From positions 2,070,001 through 2,102,000 of the forward strand of contig NZ_LN885086.1 of assembly GCF_001458695.1 (NCBI RefSeq): 32,000 nt of DNA, given 5' to 3'. Position numbers and translations under genes: made by a program. This DNA is from Candidatus Nitrospira inopinata. Lineage in GTDB: Bacteria; Nitrospirota; Nitrospiria; Nitrospirales; Nitrospiraceae. The notes beneath the pieces were generated by a model. It did not search any database and was not told the DNA's origin. It saw nothing but the letters and a program-made list of their open reading frames with translations. Shown here one piece after another: positions 1 to 7,360 of the stretch. Numbering within the stretch: the stretch's first letter is position 1; each line of letters begins with the position of its first letter.

Positions 1-1043
1 TTCCCGTGGGGCCCGGTCTGTTGGGACGGATCCTCGACGGACTCGGTCGCCCGCTCGACGACCAAGGAGATTTCCGGACCACGGAACGGTATCCGCTCTA
101 CGCCGCTCCCCCGAGCCCGCTCCGGCGCGCGCGCATCCGGGCGCCTCTGGATCTCGGCATCCGCGCCATCAACGGATTTCTCACCTGCGGCCAAGGGCAG
201 AAGATGGGCATCTTTTCGGGGGCCGGCGTCGGCAAGAGCGTCCTGCTCGGAATGATCAGCCGCTACACCAAGGCCGACGTGAACGTCATCGCCCTCATCG
301 GCGAACGGGGGCGCGAGGTCAAGGAATTCCTGGAGCGAGACTTGGGGGACGAGGCCCTTCGGCGGTCGGTCGTCGTGGTCGCGACGTCCGATCAAGCCCC
401 GCTGGTTCGTCTGCGGGCCGCATTGGTGGCGACCGCCGTCGCGGAATACTTTCGCGACGCGGGCAAGCAGGTGCTGTTGTTGATGGATTCCCTCACGCGA
501 TTGGCCTACAGCCAACGGGAGGTCGGCCTGGCGATCGGGGAGCCGCCGACGACCAAAGGCTATACGCCCTCCGTGTTCGCCCTGCTGCCGAAACTGTTGG
601 AACGCGTCGGCACCGGGCCGGGGCCCGGCGCCATTACCGGGTTGTACACGGTGCTGGTCGACGGAGACGACCTGACCGATCCGGTGGCCGACGCCGCTCG
701 ATCCATCCTCGACGGCCACATCGTGCTCTCGCGGACGTTGGCCGCGCGGAATCACTTTCCGGCGATCGATCTGCTCCAGAGTACCAGCCGCGTCATGCGC
801 GACATTGTCGGGCGGGAGCATCGGGAAGCCGCCGGGAGCCTGTTGGAGTTGGTCGCCCGCTACAGACAGTCCGAAGATCTCATTCTGGTGGGCGCCTATA
901 AAGAAGGCGTGAACAAGGCGCTCGATCGCGCCGTCCGCGCGCAGGACTCCATCAACGCCTACTTGCGGCAGGATATCGACCAGCCAGCCGCGCTGCCGTC
1001 GTCGGTTGAAGATTTGATCGGCTTGGCCAAGCGGGTGTCATGA
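1..1043 (+). CDS. fliI: Flagellar export ATPase FliI (partial, N-terminus lies upstream of the window)
   Basis: The reading frame is open at the 5' edge. Walker A GAGVGKSVLLGM and Walker B VLLLMDSLTR are present, with T3SS/F1-beta-like sequence throughout. The stop overlaps the fliJ start (ATGA at 1040-1043). Confidence 0.95.
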   Translation, partial: PVGPGLLGRILDGLGRPLDDQGDFRTTERYPLYAAPPSPLRRARIRAPLDLGIRAINGFLTCGQGQKMGIFSGAGVGKSVLLGMISRYTKADVNVIALIGERGREVKEFLERDLGDEALRRSVVVVATSDQAPLVRLRAALVATAVAEYFRDAGKQVLLLMDSLTRLAYSQREVGLAIGEPPTTKGYTPSVFALLPKLLERVGTGPGPGAITGLYTVLVDGDDLTDPVADAARSILDGHIVLSRTLAARNHFPAIDLLQSTSRVMRDIVGREHREAAGSLLELVARYRQSEDLILVGAYKEGVNKALDRAVRAQDSINAYLRQDIDQPAALPSSVEDLIGLAKRVS

Positions 1044-1474
1044 GCCTGGACGCATTGAGAAAACTGCGGGCGCAGACACAGGAAGCGCTCATGATGGAAT
1101 TGGCGCAGGTGACCCAGGAGCTGATGAGTCTGGAGCAACGGTGCGAGGCGCTTGACGCACGATTGCAGTCCGACGCCGCCGCCTGGCGCCGCCAGGCGGC
1201 GCAGGGAATGACGGCGCAAGCTCTGCTGGAGTGGGAAGGGCGGCTTGCGTCGCAACAGGCGTCGTTGAGGCGGGCGCGCGGCGCGATCGATCGGTTGACC
1301 GGCCTGTGGGCCGAGACGCAGGCGCGCCTCGTCGAGGCGACGCGGGCGCGCAAGGTGCTCGACCGTCTTGACGAGCGCCGACGCGCGGAGAGCGACGCCG
1401 TGACATTGAGACGGGAACAACGGGCGACGGATGAAACCACGGGACGCCGGCTGTTTGTGAAACGGGATTCGTGA
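1040..1474 (+). CDS. fliJ: Flagellar export chaperone/stalk protein FliJ
   Basis: 144 aa, Arg/Ala/Gln/Glu-rich, apparently all coiled coil. The start is coupled to the fliI stop. It occupies the conserved slot directly after fliI. The call rests on size, composition and synteny rather than a sharp motif. Confidence 0.75.
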   Translation: MSLDALRKLRAQTQEALMMELAQVTQELMSLEQRCEALDARLQSDAAAWRRQAAQGMTAQALLEWEGRLASQQASLRRARGAIDRLTGLWAETQARLVEATRARKVLDRLDERRRAESDAVTLRREQRATDETTGRRLFVKRDS

Positions 1475-2253
1475 TGGGAGATGATTCGTTGTATTCCACC
1501 GAGGATCGGATTTTCCTCAGCCGTCGGAACAATCGTCGGGCGGCTCTTGCTTCGCCGTCACGGATGTCTTGGCTCTGGACGGTCGGGGGAGGCCTTGTCG
1601 GCTCCATCGTGCTGCTTTGGGTGATGGTACAGATGGGACAAGCGTCGCCCAACGCAAAGGGAAGGCCGGCGCTCCCGCAGCAGGATTCGCTGACGCAGCC
1701 GTCGGGGACTCAGCAGGCCGCTCTTGGCGACGATCGACGGTCGGCCGCCGAGCAAAACGGCGAGTCGTCCACCCCGGCGGATAAGGAGATTCAGGGACCG
1801 GCGCTGGAAGTGCCGCGGGAAGTCCTTGCCATGCTGGACCAGCGGAAGCGCTCTTTGGATCGGCGCGAGGAAGCCGTGCGGCAGAGCGAGGAGCGGCTGC
1901 TGGCGTTGCGAGCCGAGGTCGACAAACTGTTGGCTCAAAACGAGGCGATGGCCAAGCGAATTGAAACGGCCGTCGCCAAGGAAGAGCAACGGGCTGCGGG
2001 ACAGAAAACGGCGCAGGCCAAAGCCCTGCTGGAAAAAGAGCGGCTGGCCCTGGAACAGAAAGCCCAACTGGCCAAGATGTATGAAACCATGCCGCCCGAG
2101 GACGCGGCGGCGCGTCTGGAGCGGATGCCGGAGCGAACCGCGATTCAGATTCTGCGCCTCGTCAAAACGAAAACCGCCGGAGCGATTCTCGCCCAGGTCA
2201 AACCCGAGCGCGCGGCCAAACTCACCGAACAGTTGTTGGCGCAGACACCCTGA
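1474..2253 (+). CDS. MotE/YlxF-like flagellar protein (TM segment, coiled coil, MgtE_N-like C-terminal domain)
   Basis: Hydrophobic segment WLWTVGGGLVGSIVLLWVMV, a central Glu/Lys/Ala-rich coiled coil, and a C-terminal helical repeat PPEDAAARLERMPERTAIQILRLVKTKTAGAILAQVKPERAAKL resembling the MgtE N-domain. It sits between fliJ and fliK, as ylxF does in Bacillus. The start is ATG 1474 or GTG 1471, overlapping the fliJ stop. Confidence 0.6.
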   Translation: MGDDSLYSTEDRIFLSRRNNRRAALASPSRMSWLWTVGGGLVGSIVLLWVMVQMGQASPNAKGRPALPQQDSLTQPSGTQQAALGDDRRSAAEQNGESSTPADKEIQGPALEVPREVLAMLDQRKRSLDRREEAVRQSEERLLALRAEVDKLLAQNEAMAKRIETAVAKEEQRAAGQKTAQAKALLEKERLALEQKAQLAKMYETMPPEDAAARLERMPERTAIQILRLVKTKTAGAILAQVKPERAAKLTEQLLAQTP

Positions 2254-2366
2254 CCGGCCGGGCGGTTTTTGCCGCGGGGCAAGAAAGATTTTCCGGATCA
2301 CGATTCTCTCCCATCCCGCTTCATTAAAACTCCTCGAAAATTCCGCTCGTTGCGCGACGTTTCGTT

Positions 2367-2381
2367 TGGCACGAGGCTTGT
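2367..2381 (+). promoter_or_regulatory. Candidate sigma54 (-24/-12) promoter upstream of fliK, imperfect -12
   Basis: TGGCACG-aggc-TTGT has the correct GG-N10 spacing, but the -12 dinucleotide is GT instead of GC. It lies about 33 nt upstream of the fliK ATG in a 160-nt gap. Confidence 0.35.
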
Positions 2382-2413
2382 AAAAGTTCCCGTCCGAGGA
2401 AAGGAAACGATCC

Positions 2414-4051
2414 ATGCCGGCGATGATGAACATGATGACGTCGGTCTTGCCGGTCGCGGCGGCTCCTCGTGACCCGTCGTCCGTCGGACCTGCTGAGATC
2501 AAGCAGGCGCCTGAACGTCGTTCGCTCAGCGCCTTTTCTTCCACGTTGCGGTCCGTTCAACGGACTCACAGTGCTTCCACATTCGATCAAAGAGCGGGAG
2601 TGTCGGAGTCGCGGCGCGATAGGAGGGATGAGAGTCAGAAGCCGACGGTGCGCCCAGAAGAGGAGCGACGGTTAAACGAAGAAAATGATGGGAAGGTACG
2701 CTTACGCTCGGCCGGATCCACGGTCGATGCGCGTCGCGAGTCCGACAAGTCCAAAGGGGCTGACACTGAGACATCGGCCTCCGATGGGACCGGCATGTCC
2801 GTGACTCATGATCATTCCGAGACGACGCTCCGTGACCCGCTCGATATCTCGACCAAGGAGGAAACGGCGAACGTGCCAGGGGAGCCCGCGCTCTCGTTCG
2901 AGTCGGAAAAGGCGCCGGAAGTCCTCGATGCCGGAGTCCCGGCCGGCTTGAAGAGCGGCATGGCGATGGTCGGTTTTTCGACGGCTGCTTTCCCTGGATC
3001 TCCTGCCCAACCGTTGCCGGCATCGAGCGGGACGGAAGATCACCGAGAGGGGGAGATCGGCATGGAAGGACCGGTCGCGCAGCCGAGTGATTCCGACGTT
3101 GAAGGCGTCTCTCGGTCACATCATCAAACGCGTCGTCCGGTGCTGTCCGAAGAATCGTCGAACGATTTGATGCCGACGGAGCCGCATGATTCCACGTCCT
3201 TGACAGGGAAGCCTGAAGAGAACCCCTTTTCGGAGCCGTCCCGATCCCAGGCCGTCGTGACGAAAGGCGAGGGCCCTTCCACGCAGGGCCATGGTGGAGA
3301 TGCCGATCTGCTTCTCGAGCAAACAACGCCGAGTCCGTCTCATCTCTCGGAGATACGGTATCGCGACGAGGAGTTCGCGCTTGCCGAAGAAAGGCATGGC
3401 GCGGAACAGCCGACTGAATCGGGAGATCGGACGTCGGATCTCGGTCGATTCAAATACGACGTCGATCACGTTCAGGAAGAGACGGACCCGATCCAGAAAT
3501 CGAATGCGCCGTCCGGGGGTGATCAGGAACTCATCGCCCATCGATTGGGAATGGCGGCCTCAAGTGAGTCGGCAACTCAGTCGAATTCGGGAAATTCGGG
3601 AAATCTTCAACGTCAAGCCGATCCGATGCCGAAGCCGCAACGTTCTTCGGTTCACGGCTCCGACGGTGACGGGCCGGGGCCGGTCTTGTCACGTTCCGTG
3701 GCGTTCGAGGTCTCGCGTCCCGACCTTGGTCACGTCAACGTTCGCGTCGCCGTCAGAAACGACCTCGTCCATGCGCATTTGTCTTCTGATCGCCTCGACG
3801 TCGCCCAGTATCTGGCGGCCGGCCACGATCGTTTGCAATCGGCCTTGCAGGCCAACGGGTTGGAGATGGGGCAATTCCGTGTCGATATCGATCGCCACGG
3901 CGGCGGCCGATCGTTTCACCAAGGTCCGTCTCACGATCAAGGGCGAACGTGGCAACCGGAGAGACCGGCGCCGGATCAACGGTCAATGATGCCGGAGTCG
4001 CGCGCCTACACGGGCATCCCCTATGCCGGCATGTTGAACGTGGTGGCGTAA
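2414..4051 (+). CDS. fliK: Flagellar hook-length control protein FliK
   Basis: 545 aa. The N-terminal and central regions are long, Ser/Glu/Asp/Pro-rich and low in complexity. The C-terminal Flg_hook-type domain reads VAFEVSRPDLGHVNVRVAVRNDLVHAHLSSDRLDVAQYLAAGHDRLQSALQANGLEMGQFRVDI. AGGAAAGGAAA precedes the ATG, and the gene lies directly upstream of flgD-flgE. Confidence 0.85.
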   Translation: MPAMMNMMTSVLPVAAAPRDPSSVGPAEIKQAPERRSLSAFSSTLRSVQRTHSASTFDQRAGVSESRRDRRDESQKPTVRPEEERRLNEENDGKVRLRSAGSTVDARRESDKSKGADTETSASDGTGMSVTHDHSETTLRDPLDISTKEETANVPGEPALSFESEKAPEVLDAGVPAGLKSGMAMVGFSTAAFPGSPAQPLPASSGTEDHREGEIGMEGPVAQPSDSDVEGVSRSHHQTRRPVLSEESSNDLMPTEPHDSTSLTGKPEENPFSEPSRSQAVVTKGEGPSTQGHGGDADLLLEQTTPSPSHLSEIRYRDEEFALAEERHGAEQPTESGDRTSDLGRFKYDVDHVQEETDPIQKSNAPSGGDQELIAHRLGMAASSESATQSNSGNSGNLQRQADPMPKPQRSSVHGSDGDGPGPVLSRSVAFEVSRPDLGHVNVRVAVRNDLVHAHLSSDRLDVAQYLAAGHDRLQSALQANGLEMGQFRVDIDRHGGGRSFHQGPSHDQGRTWQPERPAPDQRSMMPESRAYTGIPYAGMLNVVA

Positions 4052-4085
4052 CGTTGACGACCGTCGCAAAGGAGCGGAGAAGAAC

Positions 4086-4742
4086 ATGACCATGATTACC
4101 GGCATCAGCGCGGCGGAGAGCGCCGCCGACGTGACTCGATCCACCGGGCCCAGAGAATTGGGGCAGGATGATTTTCTGAAACTGCTCGTGACGCAGCTCA
4201 AGCATCAAGACCCGCTCAATCCGACGAACAACACCGAGTTCGTGGCGCAGTTGGCGCAGTTCAGCCAGCTTGAGCAGAGCATCAAGCAAGCGCAGTTGCT
4301 CCAGCGGACCTTGGACGCCCAACAGGCGTCGCTCCAGTTTACGCTGGCGCCGCTCGTGGGACGCCGAATCGGCGTGGACATGCCGTTGGTCGAACAGGGA
4401 AACGGGCCGGCCATGATCCGCTATGCTTTAGAGAAAGACGCGGCCAGAGTGCGCATCGACATCGTGGATCAGCAGGGGCAAGTCCTTCGATCGATGGAGT
4501 ATGCCAATCGACCGTCCGGTCTCAACGCGGTCGAATGGGACGGCCGAAACAGAAACGGGGAACCGGTGCCGGCGGGGGTCTATCGCTATCTGTTGTCCGC
4601 GGCCGACGCTCACGGCGATCCGGTGACCGCCCGAAGCCGAGCCGAACTCACGATATCCGGGATTCGGATGGAAAACGGGGCGGCGAAATTGGCCGTCGGC
4701 AATCTGAACATTGATCCATCGGAGGTTGTGGAACTGCAGTAG
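4086..4742 (+). CDS. flgD: Flagellar hook capping/assembly protein FlgD
   Basis: Signature DFLKLLVTQLKHQDPLNP near the N-terminus and an Ig-like C-terminal part (VEWDGRNRNGEPVPAGVYRY). SD AAGGAG lies before the ATG. Confidence 0.95.
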   Translation: MTMITGISAAESAADVTRSTGPRELGQDDFLKLLVTQLKHQDPLNPTNNTEFVAQLAQFSQLEQSIKQAQLLQRTLDAQQASLQFTLAPLVGRRIGVDMPLVEQGNGPAMIRYALEKDAARVRIDIVDQQGQVLRSMEYANRPSGLNAVEWDGRNRNGEPVPAGVYRYLLSAADAHGDPVTARSRAELTISGIRMENGAAKLAVGNLNIDPSEVVELQ

Positions 4743-4773
4743 GCGTCGCACTGACTCAAGGAGGTCTGAACAT

Positions 4774-6510
4774 ATGGGAATCCTGTCGTCGCTGTTCACC
4801 GGTGTGAGCGGTCTCAACGCCAACGGCATGGCGCTGTCCGTCATCGGAAACAATATCGCCAATCTCAGCACCGTCGGATTTAAAGGGAGCAGAGCCACCT
4901 TCGCCGATCTGATCAGCTCCTCGATCACGGGAGGGGCGGGTGCGATCCAGACCGGCATCGGCGTGGCGTTGACGTCCGTGCAGGGCAATTTTTCGCAGGG
5001 GTCGCTAGCCGCTTCGTCGAACGTTCTCGACCTGGCGATCGACGGCAACGGGTTTTTTATTTTGGAAGATGCCCAGGGCGCGCGGTTCTACTCCCGAGCC
5101 GGCATCTTTCGGTTGGATCAGAACAACAACGTCGTCGATCCGGTCGGCTTTCGTCTGCAAGGGTTTCTTGCCGATACGACCGGCACCATCACCGGGACGA
5201 TGGGCGACATTTCCCTTCCTTCGACGACGGCGCCGCCCAGGGCCACCACGACAGCCTTCATCGCGGCCAATTTGAATTCCGCGACCACGCCGACGGGGGT
5301 ACGGGGCAATCTGGTGGGCTCCGGGGCCTCCGCGACCACGACGGGCGCCGGCAACAACAGTTTCAATATCAACCTGAACGGAGATGGTGCGCAAACGGTC
5401 ACGGTGGCCAACGGGCTCACGGGTGCAGCCCTGGCCACAGCCATTCAAAACGCCGTGCGATCCCTGACGCCCAATGACCCCTACTTGGCCGCCGCCTATT
5501 CGGGCTTTACCGCGACGGTCAGTCCCACCGGCGTGTTTACGTTCACCTCCGGCATCACCGGAACGCCCAATAACTCGACGGCGGGAACCGGCGACGTCAC
5601 GGTCACGGCCAACGGAGGCGATACGTTGGCGGCGAACTTGAACATGACGGGCGGTACGCAAACGGCGGGAACGGATTTTCTTCTGTCCAACCCCTCCGCC
5701 ACGTCGAATTTTTCGACCTCCATGACGGTGTACGATTCGCTCGGGAACCCGCATTTGCTGACCACGTATTTTACAAGAATCGGGGACAACACCTGGAACT
5801 ACAACGTCGTCGCCTCGGTCAACGAGGTGGTGACCGCGAATTATCACACCAGCAACATCGATACCACGTTGGGTATCGTGCGGGTCGGCTCCGGCACCTT
5901 GACGTTCAACACTGACGGAACCCTCGACCGGGAAAGCCCCGTCATCCGCTACGATACCGGGACGACTTCCGGAACGGCGGGCACGGCGCCCGGGCAGTTG
6001 CAAATCGATTTCGTCGGCGCCACGCCGGATCAACAGATCGCGATGGATTTCGGAACCAGCGTGACGACCGACGGCGGCACCGGCTTGGATGGAACCACTC
6101 AATTCGGCTCGACGTCGGCGTTGGTGCAACTGACGCAAGACGGGTTTTCGGCCGGCACGTTGCAGGCCTTTTCCGTCGATTCCAACGGCACGATCAGCGG
6201 GAGATTTTCCAACGGACAGTTGCGCCCGTTGGCGCAGGTGGCGCTGGCGCGGTTCCCCGATCCCATCGGTTTGATCCGGATGGGCAAGAACACCTTTGCG
6301 GAGTCCGGGACGTCCGGACAACCGTTGATCGGCTTTCCGGAAAGCGCCGGTCTCGGACGAGTGTTGTCGAATTCGCTCGAACTCTCCAACGTCGATTTAG
6401 GCGAAAGCTTCATTGAAATGATCGCCGCGCAGCGGGGATTCCAGGCCAACTCACGGGTCATTACGACTTCCGATGAAATTCTGCAAGAGTTGGTCAATCT
6501 GAAACGATAA
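4774..6510 (+). CDS. flgE: Flagellar hook protein FlgE
   Basis: Canonical axial-protein N-terminus MGILSSLFTGVSGLNANGMALSVIGNNIANLSTVGFK and C-terminus LSNVDLGESFIEMIAAQRGFQANSRVITTSDEILQELVNL. SD AAGGAGG at 4758-4764. The ORF-track start at 4711 overlaps flgD and has no SD. Confidence 0.95.
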   Translation: MGILSSLFTGVSGLNANGMALSVIGNNIANLSTVGFKGSRATFADLISSSITGGAGAIQTGIGVALTSVQGNFSQGSLAASSNVLDLAIDGNGFFILEDAQGARFYSRAGIFRLDQNNNVVDPVGFRLQGFLADTTGTITGTMGDISLPSTTAPPRATTTAFIAANLNSATTPTGVRGNLVGSGASATTTGAGNNSFNINLNGDGAQTVTVANGLTGAALATAIQNAVRSLTPNDPYLAAAYSGFTATVSPTGVFTFTSGITGTPNNSTAGTGDVTVTANGGDTLAANLNMTGGTQTAGTDFLLSNPSATSNFSTSMTVYDSLGNPHLLTTYFTRIGDNTWNYNVVASVNEVVTANYHTSNIDTTLGIVRVGSGTLTFNTDGTLDRESPVIRYDTGTTSGTAGTAPGQLQIDFVGATPDQQIAMDFGTSVTTDGGTGLDGTTQFGSTSALVQLTQDGFSAGTLQAFSVDSNGTISGRFSNGQLRPLAQVALARFPDPIGLIRMGKNTFAESGTSGQPLIGFPESAGLGRVLSNSLELSNVDLGESFIEMIAAQRGFQANSRVITTSDEILQELVNLKR

Positions 6511-6522
6511 CCTCATGAGAAG

Positions 6523-6546
6523 GGGCGGAGTTCCGATGCTCCGCCC
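6523..6546 (+). terminator. GC-rich hairpin just after the flgE stop (possible terminator)
   Basis: GGGCGGAG-ttccgatg-CTCCGCCC forms an 8-bp perfect stem 13 nt after the flgE stop. No clear U-tract follows, so intrinsic termination is uncertain. Confidence 0.4.
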
Positions 6547-6604
6547 TCTCGTCAACCCAATCAGAAACTCTCGCCCACGAGGTCGCACGGGTAATACATT
6601 GCTT

Positions 6605-6622
6605 CCGTCAGTTTTCTGACGG
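6605..6622. promoter_or_regulatory. Perfect palindrome CCGTCAG-tttt-CTGACGG, candidate enhancer-binding site upstream of the fliL sigma54 promoter
   Basis: 7+7 bp perfect inverted repeat with a 4-nt spacer, centred about 130 bp upstream of the -24 GG at 6745-6746. The function is inferred from position only. Confidence 0.3.
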
Positions 6623-6743
6623 CGGCAGGGGTCTTCTTGACGTCGAACCAAGCCCTTCCTTCTCTCCGACGAAACAGCCGCTCACATTGATAGATGATGG
6701 AGCAACGTGCGGGCGCCCGAAGACGGCGCAAGGCTTCCGATAA

Positions 6744-6759
6744 TGGCATAGGCATTGCA
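6744..6759 (+). promoter_or_regulatory. sigma54 (-24/-12) promoter of the fliL operon
   Basis: TGGCAT-aggca-TTGCA, with GG at 6745-6746 and GC at 6757-6758 separated by exactly 10 nt. It lies about 55 nt upstream of the fliL start in a 300-nt gap. Confidence 0.7.
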
Positions 6760-6812
6760 GTTCCGGTGAGACGCGGAAGTCGTGGCGGTTTGAGCAGGCG
6801 AGGAGGATGGTT

Positions 6813-7352
6813 ATGGCCGAAGCGGCGGCGACGGACGAAAAAGAAGCGGTACGAATCTCAGCCCCCCCTATCCCGATCAAGCTTATCGTGATCGTGGCGC
6901 TTGTCGCGCTTGTCACTGGCGTCGGAGGAGCGGTGCTGGCGGTCAAGCTGTTGGGCGGAACGGGCAAAGGAGCCGAAAGCGTCGGCGATCACGGAAGCGA
7001 AGAAGACGGCAGGGGAAGAGATTCCGGCAAGCAGGGGTCGGCTGCCGCTCCGGGAGTCATGGTCGATCTGGACCCCTTCATCGTCAACCTGGCCGACGCG
7101 CCGGAGATCCGCTACCTCAAGATCGTCATTAAGCTGGAGGCCGACAACGAAACGGTGGCGAACGACCTCAAGGCCCGCGTTGCGCAAGTGCGCGACACGA
7201 TTTTGGTGCTGCTCAGCAGCAAGGACGTCAACACCGTCAGAACGGCTCAGGGCAAATTTCAGTTGCGCGATGAAATCACTCAGCGCGTCAACGGACTGTT
7301 GGCGAAGCCGGGGGTCCGCGCGGCGTATTTCACCGAGTTCGTCGTGCAATAA
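6813..7352 (+). CDS. fliL: Flagellar basal body-associated protein FliL
   Basis: Single N-terminal TM segment (LIVIVALVALVTGVGGAVLAV) followed by the FliL-family core VDLDPFIVNLAD...RYLKIVIKLEADNE...RDTILVLLSSK...LRDEI. AGGAGG at 6801-6806 favours ATG 6813 over ATG 6807. Confidence 0.9.
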   Translation: MAEAAATDEKEAVRISAPPIPIKLIVIVALVALVTGVGGAVLAVKLLGGTGKGAESVGDHGSEEDGRGRDSGKQGSAAAPGVMVDLDPFIVNLADAPEIRYLKIVIKLEADNETVANDLKARVAQVRDTILVLLSSKDVNTVRTAQGKFQLRDEITQRVNGLLAKPGVRAAYFTEFVVQ

Positions 7353-7360
7353 GCCGGAGT

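Noticed and set aside
3584-3604. A 9-bp tandem duplication AATTCGGGA x2 (+AAT) inside fliK, encoding NSGNSGN.
   Set aside because: It is in frame, very short, and lies within an already low-complexity ruler region. At most it is a slippage-prone length polymorphism, not a distinct feature.
6643-6650. The 8-mer CGTCAAGA is shared (in opposite orientations) by the fliL upstream region and the flgF upstream region (17444-17451), raising the possibility of a common activator site.
   Set aside because: A single shared 8-mer between two regions of about 200 bp compared on both strands is roughly what chance predicts. It is absent from the fliK upstream region.
6561-6755. A 64-aa minus-strand ORF confined to the flgE-fliL intergenic gap.
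   Set aside because: It has no SD and a basic low-complexity sequence. Its start overlaps the sigma54 promoter on the other strand. Nothing supports coding beyond being open.
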